64,000 bases of DNA from an uncultured Parachlamydiaceae bacterium (GCA_963742415.1 CAVULX010000003.1:288001-352000); one strand, 5' to 3'; counted from the stretch's first letter, positions 42,341-53,728 are shown. The notes: generated by a model not told the origin, from the sequence alone. A program made the numbers and translations.

Positions 42341-42711
42341 TTAAAATTGTAGACCTGCCGCACGAGCAGCATCGGCAAGTTCAGCTAGGATCCCATGATA
42401 TTTAAAAGGTCCGCGGTCAAATACCACTTCTTTGATATTTTTTTCTTTTGCAATTTCAGCAATAGATTCACCTAGTTTACGCGCTGTTGTCTTATTTTTA
42501 TTTACAAATTCGTTCCGCGAAATTCTTTAGAAAACGTCGCGACATGCCCGAGGGTTACCCCTTTTTCATCATCAATAAGTTGCACTTGGATATGCTTATT
42601 GCTTTTAACGACGCACAAACGTGGCTTTACGCTTGTTCCACGCAATTTTTTACGTACGCGCATGGCTCGTTTAAAACGCCTTTCGTGATCTTTTACTATG
42701 GTATTTCTCAT
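42341..42711 (-). CDS. rplR: 50S ribosomal protein L18 (frameshifted)
   Basis: [13 protein letters not shown]...[12 protein letters not shown]...GLQF. Confidence 0.9.
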
Positions 42712-42737
42712 AATAACCTTAAAACATTTGGTAATTT

Positions 42738-43287
42738 TTACTTTTTAGTAGCTGCAGCTTTACCTGCTTTCTTACGTACATATTCGCCTTTATAGCGAAT
42801 TCCTTTTCCTTGATAGGGTTCAGGGGGACGGGCTGCGCGCACAGTTGCGGCAAATTGTCCCACTTTTTGTTTATCGATCCCTGTAATCAATATATTGCGT
42901 ATTTTTTTCAACTTTAACATGCACTCCTTCAGGGATGCTCATCTTTGTCGGATGGGAAAATCCGATTTGCAAATCCAAATGATGTCCTGAGACAGCAGCA
43001 CGATAACCGACGCCAATCATTTCAAGTTCTTTTTCAAACCCTTCGTGGTTCCATCGACCATATTTTGGATCAGGGTCCGGTATAGGCCATGGAAGTTGCC
43101 GTGATCTTCATATCCTTCGCGCAAGGGTGACATGGATATGATCGTCTTTAACTTGTACTTCGACTCCTGGAACGAGAGTTTGATGCAAGGTTCCTTTAGG
43201 ACCTTTGACAGACAACTTCGGACGGGTTGACTTTAACTTCAACTCCTTTGGGAAGTACGGAATTGGAAGTTTACCTTTACGAGACAT
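42738..43287 (-). CDS. rplF: 50S ribosomal protein L6 (frameshifted)
   Basis: MSRKGKLPI...[13 protein letters not shown]. Confidence 0.9.
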
Positions 43288-43338
43288 GTCTTAATTCTCC
43301 TTCACTCAACCGATGCTCTGCAAATTCTTTTGGTGTTA

Positions 43339-43742
43339 TTACCATACCAAACACAAAAGTTCGCCGCCAATCTTCCGGGATTTGGCATCCATTGCCAGCC
43401 ATCACACCTTGTGATGTCGATAGAATCGAAAGGCCTAGTCCGCCGTAAAAACGGGGGATATCTTCATGTCCTACATAGCGTCCAAACCAGGTTTGGAAAT
43501 TCTTTGTAAGCCTTGGATGACAGGGATACCTCCCGTCGGTATATTTCAAAAATATTCTCATCGTTCCACGCTTTTTGTTATCATGTTTGACGAGGTAGTT
43601 TTCAATAAATCCTTGATTTTTCAGGATTTCAGCAATATTTTGCTTCATTTTGCTCCAGTCGATATCGACATAGCGGTGCTGAGCCTTTATCGCATTGCGA
43701 ATCCTTGTGAGAAAATCGGCTATTGGATCGCTATACTGCCAT
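43339..43742 (-). CDS. rpsH: 30S ribosomal protein S8 (frameshifted)
   Basis: DPIADFLTRIRNA, GLGLSILSTSQGVM. Confidence 0.9.
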
Positions 43743-43757
43743 ATTTTTTCTCCTCTC

Positions 43758-44317
43758 TTAAGCTGCTACCGAAATCGGTAAATTTTTAAATGGTAGACCG
43801 AGCAATCTTAACAGTTCTACACATTCTTCATCAGTTTTAGCAGTTGTCACAAAGGTGATATTCATCCCTTGTGTCTTTTTGACTTCATCAAGATTGATTT
43901 CAGGAAATACTTGTTGGTCATCAATACCTAGCGTATAGTTTCCACGTCCATCGCATTTGGTTGGGAAATCCTCTAAAGTCGCGAATGCGAGGGCAAACAA
44001 TATTAAAGAAGCGATCAATGAAGTCATACATTCGCACGCCGCGCAAGTGTCACTTTGATGCCAATCGGTTGTTCTTCACGCAGTTTAAAGTTCGAAATCG
44101 CCTTTTTGGCTTTTGTAATGATCGGTTTTTGTCCTGACAGCATCGTCAGTTCATTGACGCAATCTTGAATTGAATTTTTATCTTTAGAAGCTTCAGCAAT
44201 CCCCATGTTGATGACCACTTTCTCCAATTCAGGGATCATCATGGGATTGGCATACCCAAACTTTTTTAGCAGCTCTGCTTGATTTCGTTCTAGATATCTT
44301 TTCTTTAACCTAGACAT
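43758..44317 (-). CDS. rplE: 50S ribosomal protein L5 (frameshifted)
   Basis: [39 protein letters not shown]. Confidence 0.92.
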
Positions 44318-44402
44318 TGTTTTCAACTCATTTCATTGTTTTTTATTTGGCTACTTAATTTTGTTCTACTTAAGCTACCGTAAAGGCATATTCTTTGTAC
44401 CC

Positions 44403-44741
44403 TCAAGGCTGCTTTACAGTCTATAAAGTAATCTCACGCGATGTTGAGCTCACGTTGACCTTGATCATTGTAGCGCACATGCAATTTGACTGGTTTATCA
44501 TCTTCGGATGCACACGCGCAAATTTGAAATGTGGATCGGTTTTTCCAACTCGACGATGCCACCTTTTTGATTGTCTGGGTTTTCTTCACATGTTTTTTGC
44601 GCACATTCAGTCCTTGAACAACTGCTTTATCTCCGATAATTCTGAGGACTGTCCCTGTTTGACCTCGGTCATTTCCGGAAATCGCAATGACTTTATCGCC
44701 CTTTGCGAATTTTTTTTGTTCGCTGTTGGCTTTTTTTCCAT
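44403..44741 (-). CDS. rplX: 50S ribosomal protein L24 (frameshifted; end approximate)
   Basis: GDKVIAISGNDRG and VQGLNVRKKH; lies between rplN and rplE. Confidence 0.8.
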
Positions 44742-44760
44742 AACTTAATCCGCCTTGCCT

Positions 44761-45127
44761 TTAAATCACTTCTGGAGCCAGCGATGCTATTTTTAAAAAA
44801 TCTCTGTCGCGCACTTCACGCGCTACAGGTCCAAAAATACGAGTTCCTCGCGGATTATTTTTATCATCAATCAGCACGCAGCTATTTGTATCAAAGCGAA
44901 GCTTTGTCCCATCTTTTCGTTTAATATAGTATCTTGTTCTCACGATGACAGCTTTAACAACATCGCCTTTTTTCACTTGCCATCTGGATCAGCTTCTTTG
45001 ACAGAACAGACGATGATATCGCCGACATGAGCGTAACGACGTCGGGTCCGCCAAGTACTTTAAAACATTTTACCCGCTTTGCTCCTGAGTTGTCAGCGAC
45101 TTTTAGCTGGGTTTCTTGTTGAATCAT
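44761..45127 (-). CDS. rplN: 50S ribosomal protein L14 (frameshifted)
   Basis: [17 protein letters not shown]...[11 protein letters not shown]...SLAPEVI. Confidence 0.93.
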
Positions 45128-45155
45128 AACTTATTAACTCCAATTTCTAATTCTG

Positions 45156-45411
45156 TTAGTTGCTTAAGCAACAACACGCCAGCGCTTTAAGTTTGGACAA
45201 GGGTCTTGTTTCCACAATTTTCACTTCATCGCCAACTTCGCAAAGGTTGCCCTTCATTATGGGCATAGATATTTCTTTCGACGTGTAATGACTTTGCCAT
45301 ACTTGGGATGCGATAGGTACGTTCGACTTTAACGACAACAGTTTTTTGCATTTTATTGGAAACAACGACGCCTTTTTTTATTTTGCGATTGCTTCTTTCT
45401 GCGTTTTCCAT
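45156..45411 (-). CDS. rpsQ: 30S ribosomal protein S17 (frameshifted)
   Basis: GVVVSNKMQKTVVVKVER...GDEVKIVETRPLSK. Confidence 0.9.
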
Positions 45412-45425
45412 GTTTCCCTCTACAC

Positions 45426-45637
45426 TTAACTATTTTGTTTGCGTGGCTTGCTTTTCAGTCATAACTGTCAGCAAGCGAGCAATTTCTTTTCTTTTTTGGC
45501 GCAGCAAGATGAGGCTTTTCGATTTTTTTTGTTCGCTTCATTTCGTTGATCCAACTGAAACAGCTCTTTGCGAGTATCACTGAACGTCGCTTCTAGTTCC
45601 TCAATTGCATATCTCTTAAATCTTTTGCTTTTGTCAT
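45426..45637 (-). CDS. rpmC: 50S ribosomal protein L29 (frameshifted)
   Basis: MTKAKDLR...ELFQL...IARLLTV; position between rplP and rpsQ. Confidence 0.82.
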
Positions 45638-45646
45638 ATATCCACC

Positions 45647-46066
45647 TCACACTTGTTCTACGCGTTCAACAAAGCGTGTTTTAAGCCCTAGCTTTGCAGC
45701 TGCACGTCGCAAAGCATTTTGCGCCATTTCTTTGGGTACGTTGGCTACTTCAAACAGTACTCTTCCTGGTCGTACAACAGCTACCCAATGATCGACAGCG
45801 CCTTTACCTTTACCCATACGAACTTCAGCAGGTTTTTTTGTCACAGGTTTATCAGGAAAAATGCGGATCCACACTTTACCGCGACGTTGAAAGTAGCGGT
45901 TGATCGCCACACGGCATGCTTCGATTTGTTGGTTTGTGATCCATCCTCGTTCCAGAACTTGGATTCCAAACTCACCAAAGTGGACAAAGTTGCCCCCTTT
46001 GCTGATGCCAGCAAACTGTCCTTTTTGCATTTTGCGATGCTTTGTTCTTTTTGGCATTAAAGCCAT
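45647..46066 (-). CDS. rplP: 50S ribosomal protein L16
   Basis: [25 protein letters not shown]; intact. Confidence 0.96.
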   Translation of the reverse strand: MALMPKRTKHRKMQKGQFAGISKGGNFVHFGEFGIQVLERGWITNQQIEACRVAINRYFQRRGKVWIRIFPDKPVTKKPAEVRMGKGKGAVDHWVAVVRPGRVLFEVANVPKEMAQNALRRAAAKLGLKTRFVERVEQV

Positions 46067-46068
46067 GG

Positions 46069-46723
46069 TTATGCAACCTCCTTCTTCGTCGGGAGATTGC
46101 TTCACCACGGTAGATCCAGACTTTCACACCGATGCTTCCATATGTTGTTTCAGCACGTCCATAGGCATAATCGATATCGGCACGCAGTGTATGCAGAGGA
46201 GTGCTTCCTTCTTTATACCATTCTGTACGTGCAATTTCAGCACCGCCCAAGACGTCCAGAACACTTGAACTTTAATTCCAAGAGCGCCTGCATCCATGAG
46301 TAGATTGCATCGCTTTTTTCATTGCACGGCGGAAAGGAATACGTCTTTCGAGTTGCTTTGCAATGCCATCGGCAACGATTTTTGCATCGAGATCAGGACG
46401 TTTGATTTCTTCAACTTCGATCCAGACTTCTTTGCCGGTCAGTTTGAAGAGTTCAGCTTTGAGAATATCGATTTCAGCACCTTTTTTACCGATGACCAGA
46501 CCTGGACGTGCTGTGCAGATCGTCACTTCGATTTTTTCGCTCATGCGGCGAATTTTGATCTGCGAAGTCCCTAGCCAAGATTGGCTTTTTTCATCAGATA
46601 AGCGCGAATCATCTGATCTTCGATGAGCAAGTTGCCAAATTCTTGCTTATTCGCATACCATTTGGAACGCCAATCGCGCTTGCGAATGAGGCGAAAACCA
46701 ATTGGATTTGCTTTTTGTCCCAT
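46069..46723 (-). CDS. rpsC: 30S ribosomal protein S3 (frameshifted)
   Basis: [43 protein letters not shown]. Confidence 0.93.
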
Positions 46724-46734
46724 TCAACTTCTCC

Positions 46735-47078
46735 TTATTCTGTACTGACAACCACAGTAAAGTGGCTTGTTCTTTTTATAATCGGATGACGACCGCCGCG
46801 GTTTTTCGGTTTTGCCCGCTTCAATCCTGGGTCCTTCATCGACACGCACTTCATTCACTATGAGATCTTCTCGTCTGAGGTCAAGCCCTTTTGTGTTTCG
46901 GCATTTGCAACAGCGCTATCGAGTGTCTTTTTTAAGAAGACGGCCGCCTTTTAATCCGCAATGCATTAATTGCATGGTTGCTTGGGCAACTGGTAATCCG
47001 CGAATCAAGTCCAGCAGCAAGCCGGGCTTTGCGCGGGCTGATTCGCACAAATTTGCTTATTGCTATTGCGCTATTCAT
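46735..47078 (-). CDS. rplV: 50S ribosomal protein L22 (frameshifted)
   Basis: AISKFVRISP..AR, VDEGPGLKR, KRTSHFTVVV. Confidence 0.88.
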
Positions 47079-47090
47079 TGCTTGCACCCT

Positions 47091-47356
47091 TTACTTCTTA
47101 ATTGGATGTCCTTTAAATGTACGCGTCGGAGAAAATTCACCCAAGCGATGTCCTACCATATTTTCTGAGACAAAAACGTGAGAAATGTTTGCGTCCATTA
47201 TGCACTTCAAATGTATGTCCAATCATTTCAGGAATGATCATCGATCGTCTCGACCATGTTTTAATCGCTTTTTTTGAATCTTGCTCTATTTTGATCGTCA
47301 ACTTTTTTTAGTAGATGGTGATCAACAAAAGGACCTTTTTTTAACGATCTTGCCAT
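47091..47356 (-). CDS. rpsS: 30S ribosomal protein S19 (frameshifted)
   Basis: [15 protein letters not shown]...KTWSRRSMI...[18 protein letters not shown]. Confidence 0.92.
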
Positions 47357-47359
47357 AAC

Positions 47360-48209
47360 TTACTTCTTCCTTCGATCTTTAACGATAAACTTATTAGACT
47401 TTCTTCAGCGATCTTGTGCGAAGACCACGTGTGCATACGGCCCAAGGTGTTTGAGGAATATTTCCTTTATGCTTACCTTCACCACCACCGTGTGGGTGGT
47501 CGACAGGGTTCATCGCTGTACCGCGAACTGTAGGACGAACGCCTTTCCAGCGCATACGGCCGGCTTTACCTTCGACACGCAGGTTATGTTCTGGATTGGA
47601 AACAGCTCCGAAAGTTGCTCGGCAATTTTCATTGACCATGCGCACTTCACCTGAAGGCATGCGCAGTGTTGCATAGCCGCCGCTGCGCGCCATCAGCTGA
47701 GCAGAAAGACCGGCAGAGCGCACTAATTTTGCCCCCTTTTCCGGGGATGATTTCAATATTGTGGATGACCGAACCGAGCGGCATGAATTTCAGTTTCATG
47801 CAGCATCCTACAGCTAAAGGGAGGCTCATCGCTTGTTTGAACGGTATCGCCCACTTTGAAGGCCTTGTGGAGCTAGAATATAGCGTTTTTCGCCATCGGC
47901 ATAATTGAGCAGGGCGATATAGGCAGATGCGGTTTGGATCGTATTCGATCGAAGCGACGCGGGCAGGAATATTTTCTTTATCGCGTTTAAAATCGACGAT
48001 ACGGATAATGTTGCTTATGTCCTCCACCTTTATGGCGGCAGGTGATATGACCATTGTTATTGCGGCCGCAAGTGCGTCTTTTTGGAAGCAGAAGAGCCTT
48101 TTGGTGGAGGAACAACTTGACGTTTTCCTTCTTGACGCGTCAACGCTTCATGAGCTGAAAGGATCAGTTGACGCGTTCCTGGTGTAATCGGACGATATTT
48201 TTTCAACAT
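47360..48209 (-). CDS. rplB: 50S ribosomal protein L2 (frameshifted)
   Basis: [25 protein letters not shown]. Confidence 0.93.
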
Positions 48210-48224
48210 TTGTCATTTTCCTTC

Positions 48225-48560
48225 TTATATATTGTCCAAGCTATCGTCTTTTTCGAGCGTGACGATCGCTTTTTTGAATTGGGTTTGACACCAGAGCGAC
48301 CACGTACGCGACGACGTTTTCGCTTTAACATTGATCGTATTGACGGCAACGACTTTGACATTTTTTTCACGGTAAATTTCTTCGAAAGCCTGTGCAATTT
48401 GGTGTTTTTTGGCATTGCGATCGACGATAAAAACATATTTTGGAGTCAAGCACCTTCTTACGGAGGGGTTGCTTTTTGCACTTTTCAACTCTTGCAACAT
48501 GCTCGCTTTTTCAGTCACATGCTGATGTTTAATGATTTGATAAGGATTTTTTTTTGCCAT
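48225..48560 (-). CDS. rplW: 50S ribosomal protein L23 (short compensating double frameshift near the C-terminus)
   Basis: HVTEKA, KYVFIVD, VNTINVK, KKAIVTL. Confidence 0.9.
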   Translation of the reverse strand: MAKKNPYQIIKHQHVTEKASMLQELKSAKSNPSVRRCLTPKYVFIVDRNAKKHQIAQAFEEIYREKNVKVVAVNTINVKAKTSSRTWSLWCQTQFKKAIVTLEKDDSLDNI

Positions 48561-48578
48561 GATTTATTATTCCTTGTT

Positions 48579-49263
48579 TTACAAAAGCCACTGGTTTAGT
48601 TCTTGCAAAGCAGATTCTGTCAGGACGATATCGTTGGCTAGCAAAACATCATATCCGGAAATATTTGAAGCCAAGGAAAACTCCACTTTTGGTAAATTGC
48701 GTATGCTTTTGATAAAGTTTTGATGTTTATCTGAGCGGACGGTGATTTGTTTCTTAACATTTCCGATTTCGATCACTTCAGCAAAGAGCTCTCTCCCAGG
48801 AACAACACACGTTTATTAAGGTTGCATGTTTTGAGGAAGTTTGCGACCGATTTAGTTTTTGGGGTATCGAGTGCAATTCTTCGAGAATGTGGACTTTATT
48901 TTCTCTGATTTTTTCACCGATCAGGCAGCGGATGGCAGCTTGGCGCTCTTTTTTGTTGATGCTCACATGCTGATCAAACTTCGGCTTGGGCCGAAATACC
49001 CGTCCGCCGCCTTTATATTGAGGAGCAGCCAAAGAACCTTGACGGGCACGACCTCCCCCTTTTTGCGGATGAGGTTTTTTTGTGGTATGGTTGACTTCGG
49101 AGCGACCTTTTGTATTGGCAGACCATTGCCGTGCATTGGCGCGCAAGGCCACGATATAGTCTTTGATCATTTGGCCGTTAGCTTCAGCTTTGACGTAGGC
49201 ATCGTTTACTTTTACATTGGTGAGTTCTTCACCACTGAGATTGTATTTTTTCAATGTAGCCAC
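48579..49263 (-). CDS. rplD: 50S ribosomal protein L4 (frameshifted)
   Basis: RQWSANTKGRSEV...KPHPQKGGGRARQGS; GTG start. Confidence 0.92.
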
Positions 49264-49284
49264 AATTCTACTCCACTCTCTGAA

Positions 49285-49969
49285 TTACTTATGACTCTTT
49301 TTGGTTGCGCCGTGCATTTTAATTGCTGGGGCAAGAACTACGAGACCATTTTTTGGGCCAGGAACAGCACCTTTAACAAGGATCAGGTTATCTTCTTTTA
49401 TGATCATGACAACTTCCAGGTTTTGCACTGTCATTCTGTCATGACCCATATGGCTCGCGCGTTTTCCTCCGGCAAGCAGCGACCTGGGGTTGATCTCATC
49501 CCTGTAGAACCTGCATGGCGATGGAATCCCGAACCGTGTGAAGCAGGTCCGCCGGAAAAGTTATGAAGTTTGATGACCCCTTGGTAGCCTTTACCTTTTG
49601 ATACTGCGGTCGCATCGACAAATTTAACATCTTCAAATTGTTCAACGCCAATTTCTTGACCGAGATTATAGTCTTCTACTTTGTCCATACGCGATTCGAT
49701 CAAGTAGCGGCGCGGCTCGAAGTTCGACTTTGCAAAATGTCGCGAAGCGGTTTGGACACTCTCTTTTCGATTGTCCTCGGATCTTTTGTTTTAATTTTAT
49801 CGAAGCCTAGTTGAATTGCATTGTAGCCATCTGTTTCTTTCGTTTTAATTTGGGTGACTACATTGGGTTCTGCTTCAATGACGGTGCATGCGATCGCATT
49901 GCCTTTGTCATCAAACAGCTGCGTCATTCCCCGTTTTTTGCCCATTAATTTAAATGGCTTAAATGGCAT
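49285..49969 (-). CDS. rplC: 50S ribosomal protein L3 (frameshifted)
   Basis: [37 protein letters not shown]. Confidence 0.93.
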
Positions 49970-50228
49970 AGGGTCAATCCTTAAATTCTTTAGATAGCAT
50001 CTACTTAAATGTCAGCGTACTATATAATGTTGTGTACGGTTAACCTTTTTGAAAAGTGGAAAGTTGCACACGAAATATGTCCTTTCCAGTTTTATAAAAG
50101 GGACTTAAAAAACGCTCTTTTGGAACGCTTTATGTGTGAAGCTTATCAGACCGATCGAATTTTCCACAACATTTTTTTCTCCTCATTATAAATTTGTAGT
50201 AAAAACCTCTCTTTGCCGTTGCAAAATC

Positions 50229-51782
50229 TTATTGTTGAGCAACCTTTTTATCCTGAAGAATTTCCAATTGCAGACAGTTTTTTTTAACTTTGAGAAGGCA
50301 TTCTATTTCTCCCTTCGAAGTTAATCCACATGCTTTTACAAGCCCTTTTTCTGCTTTAAGAAACAGATACGTCTGCCCTTTGCGATAACATCCCGCTCTG
50401 GGTATGACGACGATTTTTCCTGATACATAGGCCTCTTTGGCAATGTTCAAGCAATCGCAACTTCCATCGGGATCGATCTTTATTTCCAAAGTTCCTGTAT
50501 TTGATTGATTAAAAAATCCGTTGATAAAGATTGTTTTGATATCCTGTTCGGCTGGGTGAAGGATCCCCTGATTGCTTACATTTTTCCAATCCCCTGTCCC
50601 TTGCAAGGTCCCTTTTTCCCCGATAAAAATTTCGCTGGATACAGGATAATTGATCGTTAAAGTTCCTTCGGCCACCGTCAATTTTCCGGTAAATTCCTTA
50701 CAGGTTGCTTTATTTAGGTCCCATTCCCCTTTTCCTTTTTTAAAGAGCTCCCCATTCCCCGCGAGGAAAAGATCATTCCCCTTGGCTTCTGAGTGGTAAA
50801 CAAAAGAGGCTCCTTCCATGACAAATAGATCCTTTCCTACGCCCTTGGCTTTTGTTGCTATTTTGTCGCCGGCTGAGCCGCCGATGGCGGAATTGTTTTC
50901 GAAGCTGACATTAAAAATATGCAGTTCTCCCCCTTCGCGGACAAAGACAGCGCCGCCTAAACCTGCTCCGCCGCCCCCGATTTTTTTATAAGCGCTGCAT
51001 CCAAATTCTCCCCCTTTGCCAGCCAGATGTGGATATCGACTTCCGCCGCCTCCGCCTCCAAATCCCCCTTTTCCCCCAAGGCCCGCACCCCGGAGCTTGT
51101 CAAATCCGCCCCCCCCTCCGCCGCCGCCAAAGGCTGCCTCTTGGCCATCCATTTGAGACTCTTCGCCATGCCCTCCGATCCCGCCGTTGGATCCAGCGAT
51201 ATTTTCAGAAGCATCGCCCCCATCTCCCCCTTGGAGATTTTCTATAAGAAGGGTTGGTAAACTGCTTTTATTCACCTCTGCCGGCTCACCCCCATGGCCG
51301 CCGATTGCATGATTGTGCTTAAACGCCACATTTTTCAAGACAACTGCAGCGCCGGAATCGATAAAGAGACCGCCTCCAGCCCCCAAGCCGCCTCCTCCGC
51401 CTGTGGACAAAGCGTGGCCATTTTTTCCTTTGCTACTTCCATGGCAGATGTTTAGGTTGCTGATGATGGTCCTTCCAGATCGGATAGTCAAAACGGGGAA
51501 TAGTCCTCTTGCATTGATTGAAATCGCCTCTTCTGTTGAGCCTTGAATGGTGATTTGCTTACAAATGGGAGGAAGGGGTGAATCAAGGAAGATGGTCCCT
51601 TTTAAAAAGGGGGCAAAAATAATCGAATCATTTGCACTAGCTTTTTCTAAGGCATCTCGAAAAGAACCAGGGCCGCTATCTGCCTTGGAATAAACGATTA
51701 AATCTATAGAAAAAAGGGAAGAAATAAAAAGAAAATAACTGCCGATCGCAATTGTGAGGTGTGTTGAAAAAAAAGAGGACAT
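50229..51782 (-). CDS. secreted Gly-rich autotransporter-passenger-like protein, no beta-barrel seen
   Basis: Signal peptide, DSGPGSFRDAL N-domain, GGGGG tracts, GGAVF/FENN motifs, KKGKGEWDL..FTGKLTVAEGTL passenger repeat. Confidence 0.75.
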   Translation of the reverse strand: MSSFFSTHLTIAIGSYFLFISSLFSIDLIVYSKADSGPGSFRDALEKASANDSIIFAPFLKGTIFLDSPLPPICKQITIQGSTEEAISINARGLFPVLTIRSGRTIISNLNICHGSSKGKNGHALSTGGGGGLGAGGGLFIDSGAAVVLKNVAFKHNHAIGGHGGEPAEVNKSSLPTLLIENLQGGDGGDASENIAGSNGGIGGHGEESQMDGQEAAFGGGGGGGGFDKLRGAGLGGKGGFGGGGGGSRYPHLAGKGGEFGCSAYKKIGGGGAGLGGAVFVREGGELHIFNVSFENNSAIGGSAGDKIATKAKGVGKDLFVMEGASFVYHSEAKGNDLFLAGNGELFKKGKGEWDLNKATCKEFTGKLTVAEGTLTINYPVSSEIFIGEKGTLQGTGDWKNVSNQGILHPAEQDIKTIFINGFFNQSNTGTLEIKIDPDGSCDCLNIAKEAYVSGKIVVIPRAGCYRKGQTYLFLKAEKGLVKACGLTSKGEIECLLKVKKNCLQLEILQDKKVAQQ

Positions 51783-52050
51783 GTTTTTACTCCTGAAATT
51801 CTGGTTTTGATGTATTTCTCGGGGACATTTTCATTTCTGTGGGGAAACAATTTTTCTAGAAAACTATTTACAAATCCTAGCAAACCCCTTTGTTAGTAGT
51901 TTCAAAGGGGAAAAGGAAAAAGGAAATTTTAAAAAAAGTCAAATAAAAACCGTTTTATATATTTAGAGGGTGTTCACAAAAAAAAGATTTCTGAAAAATG
52001 GTGAAATCGAGTAAATGATTATGATCTATACATTGCAACGTAGAGGACGT

Positions 52051-52800
52051 ATGAACCATTTTCTTTTTCGCTTTATTATTTTGATTTGCTTATTTGCGTT
52101 CCAAAATTTACCTGCGGCCAATGTAGGGCTTTTAGTCATGGCTACGGGAAAATATTCCTCGTTTATCCCCCCTTTAGTCGAATCTGCTAAAAAGCATTTT
52201 TGCCGCAATCATCAAGTGACTTATTTTGTTTTTACGGACGGCGAACTTCCCCCCATGGATAATGTTGTAAAAATTTATCAACAGCGTTTAGGTTGGCCTC
52301 ATGACACGATGAAGCGTTACCATGTCTATTTAAACAGCCAAGACTTGCTCAAAACGCAAGATTATTTATTTGCTTGCGACGCCGACATGCTTTTTGTGGA
52401 TGAGGTGAGTGATGAAATTTTAGGAAAAAGGGTCGCTACGCAGCATCCAGGATTTTTCAATAAACGGGGATCTTATGAAACGAACCCCAAATCGCTTGCT
52501 TATGTAAAGCCGAATGAGGGTAAGCATTATTTTGCCGGCGGATTTTATGGTGGGACGTCTCAACAGTTTCTCACGATATGCCAAAGACTTGCCACGCGCG
52601 TTGACAAGGATTTGAACGCGGGTATCGTTGCAGTTTGGCATGATGAAAGCCATTGGAATAGATACTGCATTGATCATCCCCCCACGCTCATCCTTACCCC
52701 TTCCTATTGTTATCCTGAACGTTGGACATTGCCTTTCAAGAAGAAATTATTGGCCTTAGATAAGAATCACAGTGAATTTCGTAAGAATAACCTAAATTAG
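52051..52800 (+). CDS. glycosyltransferase family 6 (ABO/alpha-1,3-GalNAc-transferase-like) with signal peptide
   Basis: MATGKY, YFVFTD, GWPHDTMKRY, DYLFACDADM, HPGF, YFAGGFYGG, WHDESHWNRY, LTPSYCYPE; ATG follows AGAGG. Confidence 0.9.
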   Translation: MNHFLFRFIILICLFAFQNLPAANVGLLVMATGKYSSFIPPLVESAKKHFCRNHQVTYFVFTDGELPPMDNVVKIYQQRLGWPHDTMKRYHVYLNSQDLLKTQDYLFACDADMLFVDEVSDEILGKRVATQHPGFFNKRGSYETNPKSLAYVKPNEGKHYFAGGFYGGTSQQFLTICQRLATRVDKDLNAGIVAVWHDESHWNRYCIDHPPTLILTPSYCYPERWTLPFKKKLLALDKNHSEFRKNNLN

Positions 52801-52807
52801 AGAATCT

Positions 52808-53722
52808 ATGTTTCAGACTAAATATAATGTTATTTTTGTGTTTTTATTATTTTGTTTTCCTTTTGTGGTAGAAGCGAAGAGTGAAAATGTGCAAAAAACA
52901 AAGGAAAAGAACATTGTCATTATTGTGGCTTCCTATAAAAACGCTCAATGGTATCGTTATAATTTACACTCGTTACTCTCTCAGCGTTATAGTAATTATA
53001 GAATTATTTATACCGATGACAATTCGCCGGATGGAACAGCGCAATATATAGAAAATTATTTAAAAAAAAGGTTGATTGAATATCAATGCGTTGATTTTGA
53101 TGATAGCTCATTTTCCACTCCAGAAGAAACAGGGGAAGCTATAAGCAAGCTAATAAACAAAAAAAAACATTTTTTTACATTAATTCGAAATGTCAATCGT
53201 TGCGGAGCTTTAGCTAATTTGTATAGAATGATTCGCAGTTGCGCTGACAAAGACATTATTTGCACGGTCGATGGGGACGATTGGCTTTACAATCTGGATG
53301 TATTAAAAGGGCTCAATCAAGTCTATTCTGAGAGAGATATTTTGTATACCCATGGAACGCTTGTCGAATATCCCCATAACATCGTTGCTTGGTCTGAACC
53401 GATTCCAAAAAAAGTCATTGAAAAGCGTTCTTTCCGTAAATACAAATGCCCTTCCCATTTAAGGACGTTTTATTGCTGGCTTTTCAAAAAAATTAAAACA
53501 GAAGATTTTTTATATAATGGGCAATTTTTCCCGATGGCATGGGATATGGCCATTATGTTTCCCATCGCTGAGATGTCCGGAAAGAGGCACGCTTTTTTTG
53601 ACAACGTCACTTATGTTTACAATATGGCAAATCAAATCAATGACAATAAGGTCAATCCCAAATTGCAAAACGAGTTGGATGCCTATATAAGAAATATGCC
53701 TCCTTATCCTGAACTCGATTAA
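52808..53722 (+). CDS. glycosyltransferase family 2 with signal peptide
   Basis: IIVASYKN, SQRYSNYRIIYTDDNSPDGT, VDGDDW, SHLRTF, AWDMAIM. Confidence 0.85.
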   Translation: MFQTKYNVIFVFLLFCFPFVVEAKSENVQKTKEKNIVIIVASYKNAQWYRYNLHSLLSQRYSNYRIIYTDDNSPDGTAQYIENYLKKRLIEYQCVDFDDSSFSTPEETGEAISKLINKKKHFFTLIRNVNRCGALANLYRMIRSCADKDIICTVDGDDWLYNLDVLKGLNQVYSERDILYTHGTLVEYPHNIVAWSEPIPKKVIEKRSFRKYKCPSHLRTFYCWLFKKIKTEDFLYNGQFFPMAWDMAIMFPIAEMSGKRHAFFDNVTYVYNMANQINDNKVNPKLQNELDAYIRNMPPYPELD

Positions 53723-53728
53723 CAAAGG

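Noticed and set aside
37716-49969. Mass pseudogenisation, programmed frameshifting or an alternative genetic code in the ribosomal operon
   Set aside because: The genes are essential, the breaks are scattered indels without slippery-site regularity or in-frame stop recoding, and other genes read normally with code 11
37265-49969. Absence of rpsJ, rpsN, rpmD, adk, infA, rpmJ and rpsD from the operon
   Set aside because: This is the usual Chlamydiae arrangement and is not novel
50950-51400. GC-rich G/C-run stretch as a foreign insertion or G-quadruplex element
   Set aside because: It is explained by poly-Gly codons of the passenger-like protein
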